DNA of 64,000 nucleotides from Blastocatellia bacterium (GTDB taxonomy: Bacteria > Acidobacteriota > Blastocatellia > HR10 > J050). Numbering within the stretch: position 1 is the first letter of the stretch; the number at the start of each line of letters is the position of its first letter. The stretch covers positions 2,310-66,309 of the forward strand of contig JANWZE010000112.1 of NCBI GenBank assembly GCA_025054955.1, given 5' to 3'. Positions 29,430-39,535 of this stretch are shown piece after piece. The notes beneath the pieces were generated by a model, which ran no database searches, was not told the origin of the DNA, and saw nothing but the letters and a program-made list of their open reading frames with translations. The position numbers were made by a program, and so were the translations under genes.

Positions 29430-30614
29430 TTAGCCCCAGCACGAGGCGGCGATGTCCTCCGATTCGCCAGCAAGGCTCACGAAACTGGTGTCAGCTTCTA
29501 ACCGCTGAGCAGCTTCATCAAAAAACTCGCGGACACGGTCCAGAAATCGTCGGCGTGTGGTCAGTTCAGGCATCCGCCCGCGAAACGCAGCGGCGTTGGG
29601 CAACCCTTTGACGTAACCGCCAAGCTGATTACGAATTTCGATGACTGCTCGCTCTTCGCCTGAATAAGCGCAGAACAATTCAAAATGCCGCAGCAACGTA
29701 GCCTGCCGTTCCAGAAGCGACGGTTGAGCCGGCGGCAGCGTCTGTCGAATCTCATCCGGGAGGTTCAGTTGTTGTGCCTCGCGCAGCACGCATTGACGAA
29801 AAATCCATGGATTACCGATCGCGCCGCGCGCCACCATGACGGCATCGCAGCCGGTTTGCTCCAGCATGCGATGCGCATCAGTTGCCGAAAAAATATCGCC
29901 ATTGCCGATGACTGGAATGCTGACAGCTTGCTTGACGCGAGCGATCAACTCCCAATCCGCTCGACCTGCGTAGCCTTGCTTGCGCGTGCGCGGGTGAAGC
30001 ATGATGGCATCCACGCCTTCGTCTTCGCAGAGCCGCGCTACCTCGACGGCATTGACGCTTTGGGCATCCCAGCCGGCGCGCATTTTCACGGTCAACGGAA
30101 TCCGCACGTGCGGACGGAGAGTCCTCAGAATATGACGCAGCGTCTGCGGGTTCTTCAACAGCGCCGCGCCACTGCCGCCTTTGACAACTTTGGCCACCGG
30201 GCAGCCACAATTCAGATTGAGAATGGTCGCGCCATACTCTTCAATGATCTGAGCTGCACGCAGCATGACCGGCGCATCCGTGCCGCTAATCTGCACCATG
30301 ACCGGATGCTCGCCGGGCAGAAATTCCATCATGCGAAAGCTCATGTCAGTTTGATAACTGAGGGCGACGCTGCTGAGCATCTCTGTTGACATCAGCGCCG
30401 CGCCCTCAGCCTGCGCAATCACACGATAGGCGAGGTTCGTCACGCGGCACATCGGCGCCAGCAGATAGCGGCTGGGAATCAGCACCGAGCCGATGCGAAA
30501 TGATGTAAGCGGCAGCCGGCGCCACCACACGCTTTCTGCCGACAGATCAAGCGCCTCGAAATACGCCGGGTCCTTGAGGTAGGTCACCGTTCGTTGCTGT
30601 GACATGCTGTTCAT
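29430..30614 (-). CDS. tRNA-dihydrouridine synthase (DusB-like) with C-terminal extension
   Basis: TIM-barrel Dus motifs LAPMCRVTNLAYR, LNCGCP, catalytic Cys region; 394 aa. Confidence 0.8.
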   Translation of the reverse strand: MNSMSQQRTVTYLKDPAYFEALDLSAESVWWRRLPLTSFRIGSVLIPSRYLLAPMCRVTNLAYRVIAQAEGAALMSTEMLSSVALSYQTDMSFRMMEFLPGEHPVMVQISGTDAPVMLRAAQIIEEYGATILNLNCGCPVAKVVKGGSGAALLKNPQTLRHILRTLRPHVRIPLTVKMRAGWDAQSVNAVEVARLCEDEGVDAIMLHPRTRKQGYAGRADWELIARVKQAVSIPVIGNGDIFSATDAHRMLEQTGCDAVMVARGAIGNPWIFRQCVLREAQQLNLPDEIRQTLPPAQPSLLERQATLLRHFELFCAYSGEERAVIEIRNQLGGYVKGLPNAAAFRGRMPELTTRRRFLDRVREFFDEAAQRLEADTSFVSLAGESEDIAASCWG

Positions 30615-30880
30615 CTTTGACGATTCTCACGCCGGTTGTCAATCATCGCGTGGTGACCGAGCAGGCTACCAACAATGAAAATGGACTACAGGCAGGTCCT
30701 CATCCCGATTGTCAATCATCGCGTGACGACGGAGTGTAACCGACAGATGCTTGACCGTGGCCGAGCCGGCGCGTTGCGTATGGTTGAAGCCAAATTGGGT
30801 TGTGACGTAGAATCAGACGGCAGACCGGCGACCGAAGACCGGAAGCTTGGGTCGCCGGTCTCGTCATTAAGGAGACCGTG

Positions 30881-31981
30881 ATGATGGAAAAGCGTGTCTA
30901 CAATTTTGCCGCTGGTCCGGCGATGTTGCCGCAGCCGGTGTTGGAAGAAGCTCAACGGGACCTGCTCGCGCTGCCCGGCGTCGGCATATCGGTTCTGGAA
31001 ATCAGTCATCGCTCCACATGGTTCGATGACATGCTGCAAGCTGCCGAAGCAAATCTGCGTCGGCTGCTCAACATTCCTGAGCACTATAAGATTTTGTTTC
31101 TGCAAGGCGGAGCCAGCCTCCAATTCTCGATGGTGGCGATCAACTTTCTACGTGGAACCGGTCTGTCAGCCGATTACATCGTGACCGGTTCATGGGGCGA
31201 ACGCGCGCTGCGCGAAGCTGAACGGGAAGGCGCAGTGCGTCTAGCCTGGCACGGCCAAGACGATCACTACACGCGCGTACCGCAGCCGGCTGAGCTTGAT
31301 CTGAACCCGCGCGCGGCCTATGTCCACTTCACGTCGAATGAAACGATCCAGGGCGTTCAGTTTCCTTCAGAGCCAGAGGTCGGCGATCTCCCGTTGATCT
31401 GTGATAGCTCATCTGATTTTCTCTCGCGGCCTATTGCGATTGAGCGGTATGCGCTCGTATATGCCGGCGCACAGAAAAACGCTGGCCCAGCCGGCTTGAC
31501 TATCGTCATCATCCGCGAGGATATGCTGGATCGCGTGCCGGACGACCTCCACGCAATGCTCGATTATCGTCTGCTTGCCAAGCATAAATCGGTGTATAAT
31601 ACCCCAACCGTTTTTGCTATTTACATTCACAAGTTGGTGACGCAATGGCTGCTCGATGAAATCGGTGGGTTGGAGAAGATGGCTGCGCGCAATCGGCAAA
31701 AGGCACAGCAGCTTTACGAGGTGATTGACAGCAGCGATGGGTTCTATCGCGGGCATGCGCATCCCAGCAGTCGTTCACTGATGAACGTGACCTGGCGCAT
31801 GGCCGATCAGCAACTGGAAAAGGAATTCCTGCAACAAGCTCAGGCGCGCGGTCTGGTTGAATTGAAGGGGCATCGTTCCGTTGGCGGCCTTCGCGCTTCG
31901 ATCTACAACGCGATGCCGCTGGAAGGTGTACAGGCGCTTCGTCAGTTCATGATTGAGTTTCAGCGCCAGCATCAACGCTGA
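30881..31981 (+). CDS. serC: phosphoserine aminotransferase
   Basis: FAAGPAMLP N-terminus, PLP-lysine region SAQKNAGPAGLT; RBS aaggag 6 nt upstream of ATG 30881. Confidence 0.85.
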   Translation: MMEKRVYNFAAGPAMLPQPVLEEAQRDLLALPGVGISVLEISHRSTWFDDMLQAAEANLRRLLNIPEHYKILFLQGGASLQFSMVAINFLRGTGLSADYIVTGSWGERALREAEREGAVRLAWHGQDDHYTRVPQPAELDLNPRAAYVHFTSNETIQGVQFPSEPEVGDLPLICDSSSDFLSRPIAIERYALVYAGAQKNAGPAGLTIVIIREDMLDRVPDDLHAMLDYRLLAKHKSVYNTPTVFAIYIHKLVTQWLLDEIGGLEKMAARNRQKAQQLYEVIDSSDGFYRGHAHPSSRSLMNVTWRMADQQLEKEFLQQAQARGLVELKGHRSVGGLRASIYNAMPLEGVQALRQFMIEFQRQHQR

Positions 31982-32200
31982 GCGATTCGGCTCGGCTCCA
32001 GATCAAATCAGCAGGATGACGATGCCGCCGGCTTGCGGTCTTGGGTAGTTGGTTCTCGATCTGTTGTGAGTGGCGCTCGATGCCATTGAAGTGGCTGCGT
32101 GGCCGGCTTGAATCAGAGCTTTACGCTCTTTGGCCTTTGCAGTAAAATGGCTCCTCGCTCATGATGGCGTCGAGTTCAAATCAAGGAGTGGCAATCGAGT

Positions 32201-32668
32201 GTGTCTGTTGAAGCCGAGTTAAAACAGTCCAAGATTCGTTCTCTCAATTTGGCGCCGCCGGTCTCTGTTTCGGTTGGAACAAGCCTTGGCCAGGTTATTG
32301 ACGTGATGAAAACGCAGCGGGCGGCCTGCGTTCTCGTCTGCGAGCAGGACCGCGTCAGAGGCATCTTCACCGAGCGGGACTTGCTCACCAAAGTCATCAA
32401 CACGGCGAGCGATCTGGCAGCGCCGATTGACGATTTCATGACGGCTGCGCCGCGTACACTCAGTCTGGATGATCCGTTGAGCGACGCGGTCATGCTGATG
32501 CATGAAGGCGGTTATCGTCATATCCCGTTGGTGGATGGCTATGGACGTGTGAAAGGGCTATTGGATGTTCGTCACATCATAGAGTTTCTTGCCGAGCAAT
32601 TTCCTACCGAGGTGCTCAATCTTCCGCCGCGGGTGCACCAACACCTGAACACGCCTGAGGGGGCTTAG
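32201..32668 (+). CDS. CBS-pair domain protein
   Basis: two CBS motifs (VIDVMKTQRAACVLVCEQDRVRGIFTERDLL; HIPLVDGYGRVKGLLDVRHII); GTG start. Confidence 0.7.
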   Translation: MSVEAELKQSKIRSLNLAPPVSVSVGTSLGQVIDVMKTQRAACVLVCEQDRVRGIFTERDLLTKVINTASDLAAPIDDFMTAAPRTLSLDDPLSDAVMLMHEGGYRHIPLVDGYGRVKGLLDVRHIIEFLAEQFPTEVLNLPPRVHQHLNTPEGA

Positions 32669-32739
32669 TTCAACGAGGTAGCGTCAACGGCGGGCATACA
32701 TCCTGATCATTGAGGGGCTAGAGGAGTCAAATAGCAATT

Positions 32740-34599
32740 ATGGAAGCAGCAACCGTATTACCTTTAGAGCACCGGATCGAAGAACTCGATTCGGTGACAA
32801 TTCGATTTTCGGGGGATTCCGGCGATGGCATGCAGTTGACCGGAACCCAATTCACCAATACGACGGCAGTGGTCGGCAACGACTTGGCAACGCTGCCTGA
32901 TTTTCCGGCTGAGATTCGCGCGCCGGCTGGGTCGCTGCCCGGCGTCAGCAGCTTTCAGGTGAATTTCAGTCGTCATGATATTCGCACGCCGGGCGACCAA
33001 CCCGACGTGCTGGTCGCCATGAACCCGGCAGCCTTGAAGGTGAATCTGCCCGATCTAGTTGAAGGCGGGATTTTGTTGGTCAACACCGATAGCTTCACTG
33101 AAGTCAACTTGCTCAAAGCTGGCTACAAAACCAATCCACTGGAAGACGGCAGTCTGGCCAAGTACCGCGTTTACAAAGTCCCAATTACGACGCTCACCCT
33201 GGCTGCCTTGAAGGATGTGGAGATTCCTCATAAACAAGCTGAGCGGTGCAAGAATTTTTTTGCATTGGGATTGATGTACTGGCTTTATGATCGTCCGCTG
33301 GACACAACCTACAAGTGGATTCAAACGAAGTTCGCTAAGAATCCCGCTATCGCGCAGGCCAACACACTGGCTGTGAAAGCCGGTTATGCCTACGGCGAAG
33401 CGACGGAGATGTTCACCACGCATTATCGGGTGCGGCGCGCAGCCATTGAGCCGGGCGTCTATCGTAACGTCACCGGCAATGAAGCGACGGCCATCGGTTT
33501 TATTGCCGCCTCGCAATTGGCCAATCGCCCGTTGTTTTACGCCAGCTACCCGATCACCCCGGCTAGCGATATTCTGCACGAGCTTTCGATGCACAAAAAT
33601 TTCGGCGTCAAAACATTTCAGGCCGAAGACGAAATCGCTGCCGTGTGCGCGGCAATTGGCGCAGCGTTTGCCGGGTACCTGGGATTGACCGGCACAAGCG
33701 GTCCCGGCTTGGCGTTGAAGTCGGAGGCGATCAATCTGGCCGTGATGACTGAACTGCCGCTCGTGATTGTGGACGTGCAACGCGCTGGCCCTAGCACAGG
33801 CATGCCGACCAAGACGGAACAGGCCGATTTACTGCAAGCGATGTTCGGACGTAACAGTGATAGTCCTGTTGTTGTCGTGGCGCCGGCCAGCCCAGCCGAT
33901 TGCTTCACGATGGCGATTGAAGCGTTCCGTCTGGCCACCAAATACATGGTGCCGGTGATTTACCTATCTGATGGGTATCTGGCCAATGGCGCCGAGCCAT
34001 GGAAAATTCCTTCAATTGAGAGCCTCCCCAAATTCGATGTGAAGTTTCGCACTGATCCGGAAGGCTTCTATCCCTACCTGCGCGACGAGACGACGTTGGC
34101 CCGGCCATGGGCCATTCCGGGCACGCCAGGCCTGGAACATCGCATTGGCGGCATCGAGAAGCACCATCTGACCGGCAATGTCAGTTACGATCCGGAAAAC
34201 CATCAACTGATGACCAACCTGCGCGCTGAAAAAGTAGCGCGTATTGCTCAAGATATTCCCGAAGTGGAAGTCACGGGCGCGCCGGAAGGCGACTTGCTGG
34301 TCGTTGGCTGGGGCGGCACCTACGGAGCGATTACTTCGGCTGTGGAGCGTGTGCGAGCGCAAGGCGCCGCTGTCTCCAGCGTCCATCTGCGTTACTTGAA
34401 TCCGTTTCCGCGAAACCTGGGCGACATTCTTCAACGATTCAAAAAGGTGCTGGTGGCCGAGTTGAATAATGGTCAGTTGGCCCTGTTGATACGTGCTCGC
34501 TACCTGGTGGACGCGCTCTCCTACGCCAAGGTGAAAGGTCAACCGTTTAAGATCGCTGAACTGGTTCAACGGATCGAGCAGGTCTTAGCTACGCTCTAA
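32740..34599 (+). CDS. korA: 2-oxoacid:ferredoxin oxidoreductase alpha subunit (KorA/OorA-type)
   Basis: 619 aa, fused gamma+alpha architecture; GNEA and GYPITPAS motifs. Confidence 0.85.
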   Translation: MEAATVLPLEHRIEELDSVTIRFSGDSGDGMQLTGTQFTNTTAVVGNDLATLPDFPAEIRAPAGSLPGVSSFQVNFSRHDIRTPGDQPDVLVAMNPAALKVNLPDLVEGGILLVNTDSFTEVNLLKAGYKTNPLEDGSLAKYRVYKVPITTLTLAALKDVEIPHKQAERCKNFFALGLMYWLYDRPLDTTYKWIQTKFAKNPAIAQANTLAVKAGYAYGEATEMFTTHYRVRRAAIEPGVYRNVTGNEATAIGFIAASQLANRPLFYASYPITPASDILHELSMHKNFGVKTFQAEDEIAAVCAAIGAAFAGYLGLTGTSGPGLALKSEAINLAVMTELPLVIVDVQRAGPSTGMPTKTEQADLLQAMFGRNSDSPVVVVAPASPADCFTMAIEAFRLATKYMVPVIYLSDGYLANGAEPWKIPSIESLPKFDVKFRTDPEGFYPYLRDETTLARPWAIPGTPGLEHRIGGIEKHHLTGNVSYDPENHQLMTNLRAEKVARIAQDIPEVEVTGAPEGDLLVVGWGGTYGAITSAVERVRAQGAAVSSVHLRYLNPFPRNLGDILQRFKKVLVAELNNGQLALLIRARYLVDALSYAKVKGQPFKIAELVQRIEQVLATL

Positions 34600-34612
34600 G
34601 GAGTCAACACGT

Positions 34613-35668
34613 ATGAATGCACAGAGCCAAGAACGTGGCGGCAACGGGCATGCGCCGACGCCGCCGATCAAACTGACGCGAAAGGATTTTGTTTCTGATC
34701 AAGAAGTGCGCTGGTGCCCCGGTTGTGGCGATTATGCCATTCTGGCCCAAGTGCAAAAAGTCATGCCGGAACTGGGTATTCCTCGTGAAAATATCGTGTT
34801 CGTCTCCGGCATCGGCTGTTCCAGCCGGTTCCCCTACTACATGAACACCTATGGGTTCCACGGCATTCATGGAAGGGCGCCTGCCATTGCCACTGGCATC
34901 AAGGTTGTCAATCCCAAGCTGTCGGTCTGGGTTGTCACCGGCGATGGCGATGCGTTGAGCATTGGTGGAAATCACTTCATTCATGCCCTTCGTCGCAATC
35001 TGGACATCAAGATCATCATGTTCAACAACCGGATTTATGGCCTGACCAAAGGGCAGTATTCGCCGACATCGGAATTTGGCAAGAAGACCAAGTCCACGCC
35101 GCAAGGTTCAATTGACTATCCGATCAATCCCATCAGCTTGGCGCTGGGCGCGGAAGCCACGTTTGTCGCTCGCTCGGTGGACCGCGACACCAAGCACCTG
35201 GCCGAGATGATCGAGCGCGCGGCGCACCACAAGGGATCGGCGTTCATTGAAGTTTTTCAGAATTGCAATATCTTCAACGACGGCGCCTTTGAGGCCTTTG
35301 TGGATCGAGCAGTCAGAGATGATCGCATGATCAATTTGGAGCATGGTCAACCGCTGCGGTTTGGCAAAGACCGTCAGAAAGGCATTCGCTGGACCGGCCA
35401 GCGACTGGAAGTGGTGGAACTGGGCAACGGCGTGAGCGAGTCAGACTTGCTGGTTCACGATGAGCGGTCGCCGAATCCGGGTCTGGCCTTCCTGCTGGGA
35501 CGCATGGAATACCCAGCATACCCGGTGCCTGTTGGCGTGTTTCGCGCCATTGACCGGCCCACGTATGAAGAGCTGCTTGAACAGCAAGTTCAAACAGCTA
35601 TTCAACAGCAGGGCGCCGGTGAGTTGAGCAAACTGCTGCACGGCGCCGAGACGTGGACGATTGAATAG
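34613..35668 (+). CDS. korB: 2-oxoacid:ferredoxin oxidoreductase beta subunit (TPP-binding)
   Basis: WCPGCGDY N-terminal Cys motif, TPP motif GDGDALSIGGNH. Confidence 0.85.
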   Translation: MNAQSQERGGNGHAPTPPIKLTRKDFVSDQEVRWCPGCGDYAILAQVQKVMPELGIPRENIVFVSGIGCSSRFPYYMNTYGFHGIHGRAPAIATGIKVVNPKLSVWVVTGDGDALSIGGNHFIHALRRNLDIKIIMFNNRIYGLTKGQYSPTSEFGKKTKSTPQGSIDYPINPISLALGAEATFVARSVDRDTKHLAEMIERAAHHKGSAFIEVFQNCNIFNDGAFEAFVDRAVRDDRMINLEHGQPLRFGKDRQKGIRWTGQRLEVVELGNGVSESDLLVHDERSPNPGLAFLLGRMEYPAYPVPVGVFRAIDRPTYEELLEQQVQTAIQQQGAGELSKLLHGAETWTIE

Positions 35669-35803
35669 AAGAGAGCGGATTGGGCAGATAGATCATCCAC
35701 GAGGACGCCACATTCTTTTGAGAGTATTCAGGAAGAGATGCTGTTTAGTCGCGCTTGAACCGGACTCAGCGCTGTTTGCCCTCCGCGCTTGAAGGAGGCA
35801 TTC

Positions 35804-36328
35804 ATGATTTGTCCTTTTTGTGGTTACGACAATATCCCCGGCAGCGACCGCTGCGCCGAATGCATGCACTCGTTGCGTGATTTAGACCTACCGCAACCGA
35901 AGGAAGGGCTGCAAAGGCATTTGATGCAGGATGCGGTCAGTCTCTTGAACATGACTCATCCGGTCAGCCTTCAGGTGGACGCCTCCGTGGCAGAGGCCAT
36001 TGAGCTGATGAAGCAACACCGCGTCGGTTGCACGTTAGTGCTTGATGGCGAGAGGCTAGCCGGCATCTTCACCGAACGGGACGCTTTGTTCAAGCTGGCT
36101 GCCTCGCCACACGATCTCAGTCAACTGACGCTGCGCCAGGTCATGACGCCGGACCCTGCCAAACTCACGCCGAATGATTCAATGGCCACTGCCTTGAACA
36201 AAATGTCTGTCGGCGGGTTCCGCCATCTGCCGATTGTTGATCAGGCCGGCGTGCCACTTGGTTTGATCTCAATCAAAGACATCCTCGGCTATATTTACGA
36301 CACCGTGCTTCGCTCAGAACCGCTGTAG
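35804..36328 (+). CDS. CBS-pair protein with N-terminal zinc-ribbon
   Basis: ICPFCGYDNIPGSDRCAECMH (CxxC...CxxC) then two CBS motifs; RBS GGAGG before ATG 35804. Confidence 0.7.
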   Translation: MICPFCGYDNIPGSDRCAECMHSLRDLDLPQPKEGLQRHLMQDAVSLLNMTHPVSLQVDASVAEAIELMKQHRVGCTLVLDGERLAGIFTERDALFKLAASPHDLSQLTLRQVMTPDPAKLTPNDSMATALNKMSVGGFRHLPIVDQAGVPLGLISIKDILGYIYDTVLRSEPL

Positions 36329-36431
36329 TGAGCGTGGATTTCACAAAAATCGCTCATGGCACAGCACCGTGATCGCTTGTTCTGTTTGTTGTGACTGTAG
36401 TGAGCGTGGACTTCACAAAAATCGCCATGGC
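36323..36431 (+). repeat. ~37-bp direct repeat x2 (72-bp period) overlapping the CBS gene stop
   Basis: ctgtagtgagcgtgga(t/c)ttcacaaaaatcgc... Confidence 0.7.
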
Positions 36432-36547
36432 GACACCGTTGCGTCATCGTTGGAGATACCACGCCGTCGTGAGCCTGGCAGACAATGATCGGGCCGTGTT
36501 TGGAACATTGAGATTTTGACGTTTCAGCTTGTTTCGGATTTCGATAT

Positions 36548-36630
36548 TCGGATTTAGGATTTCCCTCAAAGAGGGCTTCGGATTTGGAATTTCCCTCAAA
36601 GAGGGCTTCGGATTTCCCTCAGAAGAGGGT
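36548..36630 (+). repeat. three tandem hairpin repeats GGATTTCCCTCaaagAGGGCTTC
   Basis: CCCTC-AAAG-GAGGG stem-loops at 36562, 36592, 36615 between convergent CBS and metY-like genes. Confidence 0.75.
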
Positions 36631-36645
36631 TCAAAATGGTCAGGC

Positions 36646-37803
36646 TCACTCCTTCAAGGCCTGGTCAAAATCGGCGATCAGCTCCTCGGTCGCTTCAAGG
36701 CCGACGGAAACACGAATCAAGCCGTCGGAAATGCCCAGCCGTTGCCGCTCCTGAGGAGACAAGCCGCGATGAGAGGTCGTCGCCGGGCGTGTGATCAACG
36801 TTTCGACGCCGCCAAGACTCGGAGCAATTATGGGGAGCGTTGTACGCCTCATGAATCGCTCAGCCGCTTCGGTTCCACCATGCAACTCGAAGCTAATCAT
36901 CCCGCTGAATCCATTGAACAATCGGCGCGCGCGTTGATGACGCGGGTGAGTGGGCAAACCGGGATAGTTAACACAGGCGACCGCTGGATGCTCTTGGAGA
37001 AACTGCCCCAGTTGCAGCGCCGATTGATTATGCTGCTTCATACGAACGGCTAGGGTTTTCAGGCCACGATGGAGCAAAAAGCAAGCATGTGGATCAAGCG
37101 CGCCGCCCAGATGATCGAGTTTTCGCTTAATGGATTCAACCAGATCACCACGACCAATCACAGCCCCGGCCACCATGTCTGAGTGACCGTTGAGGTATTT
37201 CGTGGCGCTGTGCAATGACAGGTCGAATCCCCATTCTGCCGGACGGAAGTTGATTGGAGTGGCAAACGTATTGTCAATAATCGAAACCAGGCCGTGCTCG
37301 CGGGCAAACGCGACGACCGCTTCCAGATCGCCCACTTGCAGCAGCGGATTGGTCATCGTCTCGACATAAATGGCCTTTGTGCGAGGCCGCAGATAGGAGG
37401 CCCACGACGCTGGATCATCAGCGTCTATGAAATCATAGGTAAGCCCCAGCGCAGCAAAATCCTTTGTGATGAAATCATGAGTGCCACCATAGAGGCACGA
37501 TTGCGCCAGTAAATGATCGCCGGCGGAGAGAATGGTCATCAGCGTCGTGGTGATCGCCGCCATTCCGCTGCCGGTCACAAGCGCCGCCTCAGCATTTTCC
37601 AGTGCGGCCAGCTTTTCGTGCAGCGCCAGATGATTGGGCGAATTGCTCAAGCGAATGTAGCGCAGGTCATGATAATCATCTTCGCCGGCATATTCGAACT
37701 GGGCGGTTTGAAAAATCGGCAAACTGACCGCACCGTTGATCCGGGGCACAGGCTCGCCGGCGTGAATGAGTTTGGTTTCAATATGCTTGAACGTTGTTGT
37801 CAT
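36646..37803 (-). CDS. PLP-dependent Cys/Met-metabolism enzyme (O-acetylhomoserine sulfhydrylase / cystathionine gamma-synthase / methionine gamma-lyase family)
   Basis: 385 aa; PLP lysine motif SATKYLNGHSD; family-typical N-terminus TKLIHAG. Confidence 0.8.
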   Translation of the reverse strand: MTTTFKHIETKLIHAGEPVPRINGAVSLPIFQTAQFEYAGEDDYHDLRYIRLSNSPNHLALHEKLAALENAEAALVTGSGMAAITTTLMTILSAGDHLLAQSCLYGGTHDFITKDFAALGLTYDFIDADDPASWASYLRPRTKAIYVETMTNPLLQVGDLEAVVAFAREHGLVSIIDNTFATPINFRPAEWGFDLSLHSATKYLNGHSDMVAGAVIGRGDLVESIKRKLDHLGGALDPHACFLLHRGLKTLAVRMKQHNQSALQLGQFLQEHPAVACVNYPGLPTHPRHQRARRLFNGFSGMISFELHGGTEAAERFMRRTTLPIIAPSLGGVETLITRPATTSHRGLSPQERQRLGISDGLIRVSVGLEATEELIADFDQALKE

Positions 37804-37908
37804 AGTGAGTCATCTCCTGGGTTAGTTCGGAGCCCGATTGATGCGACATACCTAAGCCTCGAATCATGCTCCACGCCACTAATTGCCACACCCGGCAAGC
37901 CATCGGCT

Positions 37909-38139
37909 TCAGCTCACTGTTGCTCCGCCGCCGACAAAATGAACGATTTCCAAACGGTCATTTTCCTGAACGAGCGTCGTCGCCCAATCGGCACGGCGGA
38001 CAATCTCCTGATTCCGTTCGACGGCGATGCGCTCTTCGTTCACGTTCAAGTAGCGAAGCAAGGCTTGCACAGTCAGCCCTGCCGGGATGTCGCGCGGTTC
38101 ACCATTGATTATTACTTTCATGGTTTTGGATTGTAGCAC
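37909..38139 (-). CDS. ThiS/MoaD-like sulfur-carrier protein with 4-residue extension after the GG motif
   Basis: 76 aa; collinear with ThiS (…IVRRADWATTLVQENDRLEIVHFVGGG) then ATVS. Confidence 0.7.
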   Translation of the reverse strand: MLQSKTMKVIINGEPRDIPAGLTVQALLRYLNVNEERIAVERNQEIVRRADWATTLVQENDRLEIVHFVGGGATVS

Positions 38140-38165
38140 TGCTCGGCCAAAGATAAAATCATTCT

Positions 38166-38846
38166 ATGTTGCAAGTCGCTCAACTGGGTCGCGCGCGTTA
38201 CGGGCCGGTGTGGCAATGGCAGCGGCGCTGCCTGCAACGACGGCAGCGCGGCGAAATTCCCGATCAGCTCATTTTGGTTGAGCATGAGCCGGTCATTACG
38301 TTGGGCCGGAACGCGGCGCTGGACAACGTACTCGTGGACGAAGCGACACTAGCCGCTTATGGCATTGAGCTGCATCACATCGAACGCGGTGGCGACGTGA
38401 CATTTCATGGACCAGGTCAGTTGGTTGGCTACCCGATCGTTCACCTGCGCGAGCGGGGCATCGCCGGGCCGGTTCGTTATGTGTGGATGCTGGAAGAGGT
38501 GTTGATAGAGGCGCTGGCTGAGTACGGCGTCGAGGCGTTTCGTCGCGAGAAGATGCGCGGCGTCTGGACTGATCGAGGAAAGATCGCCGCCTTGGGCGTC
38601 CATGTTTCGCGTGGCGTTACCATGCACGGGTTCGCGCTCAACGTCAATACCAACCTGGACTACTACCAACTGATCGTGCCATGCGGGTTGACAGACCGGC
38701 GCGTCACGTCGCTCAGTCAATGGTGTGGACGGGAAATTCCCTTGCGCGAGGTTGAGGAACGGGTGATCGCCGCTTTCGTCCGTCTCTTCGGATATGAATC
38801 AGTGCAAAGGAATTTTGATTGCCAAACCATCGAACGAGGGATATAA
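38166..38846 (+). CDS. lipB: lipoyl(octanoyl) transferase
   Basis: RGGDVTFHGPGQLVGYPI, KIAALGVHVSRGVTMHGFALNV motifs. Confidence 0.85.
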   Translation: MLQVAQLGRARYGPVWQWQRRCLQRRQRGEIPDQLILVEHEPVITLGRNAALDNVLVDEATLAAYGIELHHIERGGDVTFHGPGQLVGYPIVHLRERGIAGPVRYVWMLEEVLIEALAEYGVEAFRREKMRGVWTDRGKIAALGVHVSRGVTMHGFALNVNTNLDYYQLIVPCGLTDRRVTSLSQWCGREIPLREVEERVIAAFVRLFGYESVQRNFDCQTIERGI

Positions 38847-38887
38847 ATGAAGGCGAAGAATCGAATCGGACCGGGGGCGCGAACAAG

Positions 38888-39460
38888 ATGATGAAGGTTG
38901 CCATCATTGGCTCACATGGGTGTGGTAAGACGGCATTGGCGTTCTCGCTGTGCACTGAGTTACAGAAGCGCGGGCATCGTGTTGAGCTGGTCGTCGAAAT
39001 GGCCCGGCGCAGTCCATTTCCGATTAACGAAGCAACGTCTGAGGAGGGACAGCTTTGGATTCTGCATCGGCACATTGTCGCTGAGTTGGAAGCCTCAGCG
39101 CGGGCCGCAACCGTCGTCTGTGATCGCTCGGTGCTGGACAACTACGCCTACTACAGTCATAAATTCGGGCGGCGACCTCACCTGGATGCGCTCGTTCGTG
39201 AATGGACCAAGACGTATGCGTTGCTAGTGAAGGTTCCAATCGTGGATCACTGGCTGATCAACGACGGCGTTCGCTCGGTTGATCGTCAGTTCCAAGCGCA
39301 GATTGACGCGCTGGTCGAGACCATGTTGAAAGAGCTGGCTCACGGCAACACCGGCCTGCTTCGGCTCAGTTATCCATTCGATGTCGAACAAATCATCGCG
39401 GCGCTGCCCACGAGCGACGCCACGCAGGCCTTGAGCCAACAAGCCGCTTACCCGGCTTGA
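38888..39460 (+). CDS. P-loop ATPase (AAA_28/NadR-kinase-like)
   Basis: Walker A IIGSHGCGKTAL; start placed at ATG 38888 after lipB stop. Confidence 0.5.
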   Translation: MMKVAIIGSHGCGKTALAFSLCTELQKRGHRVELVVEMARRSPFPINEATSEEGQLWILHRHIVAELEASARAATVVCDRSVLDNYAYYSHKFGRRPHLDALVREWTKTYALLVKVPIVDHWLINDGVRSVDRQFQAQIDALVETMLKELAHGNTGLLRLSYPFDVEQIIAALPTSDATQALSQQAAYPA

Positions 39461-39535
39461 TCGCTCATTCTGTCACACGGACGCGATGACAATCTGCTTG
39501 TGGCGCCAAACCTGCTGGTCGCCCGGCTTGATCGC

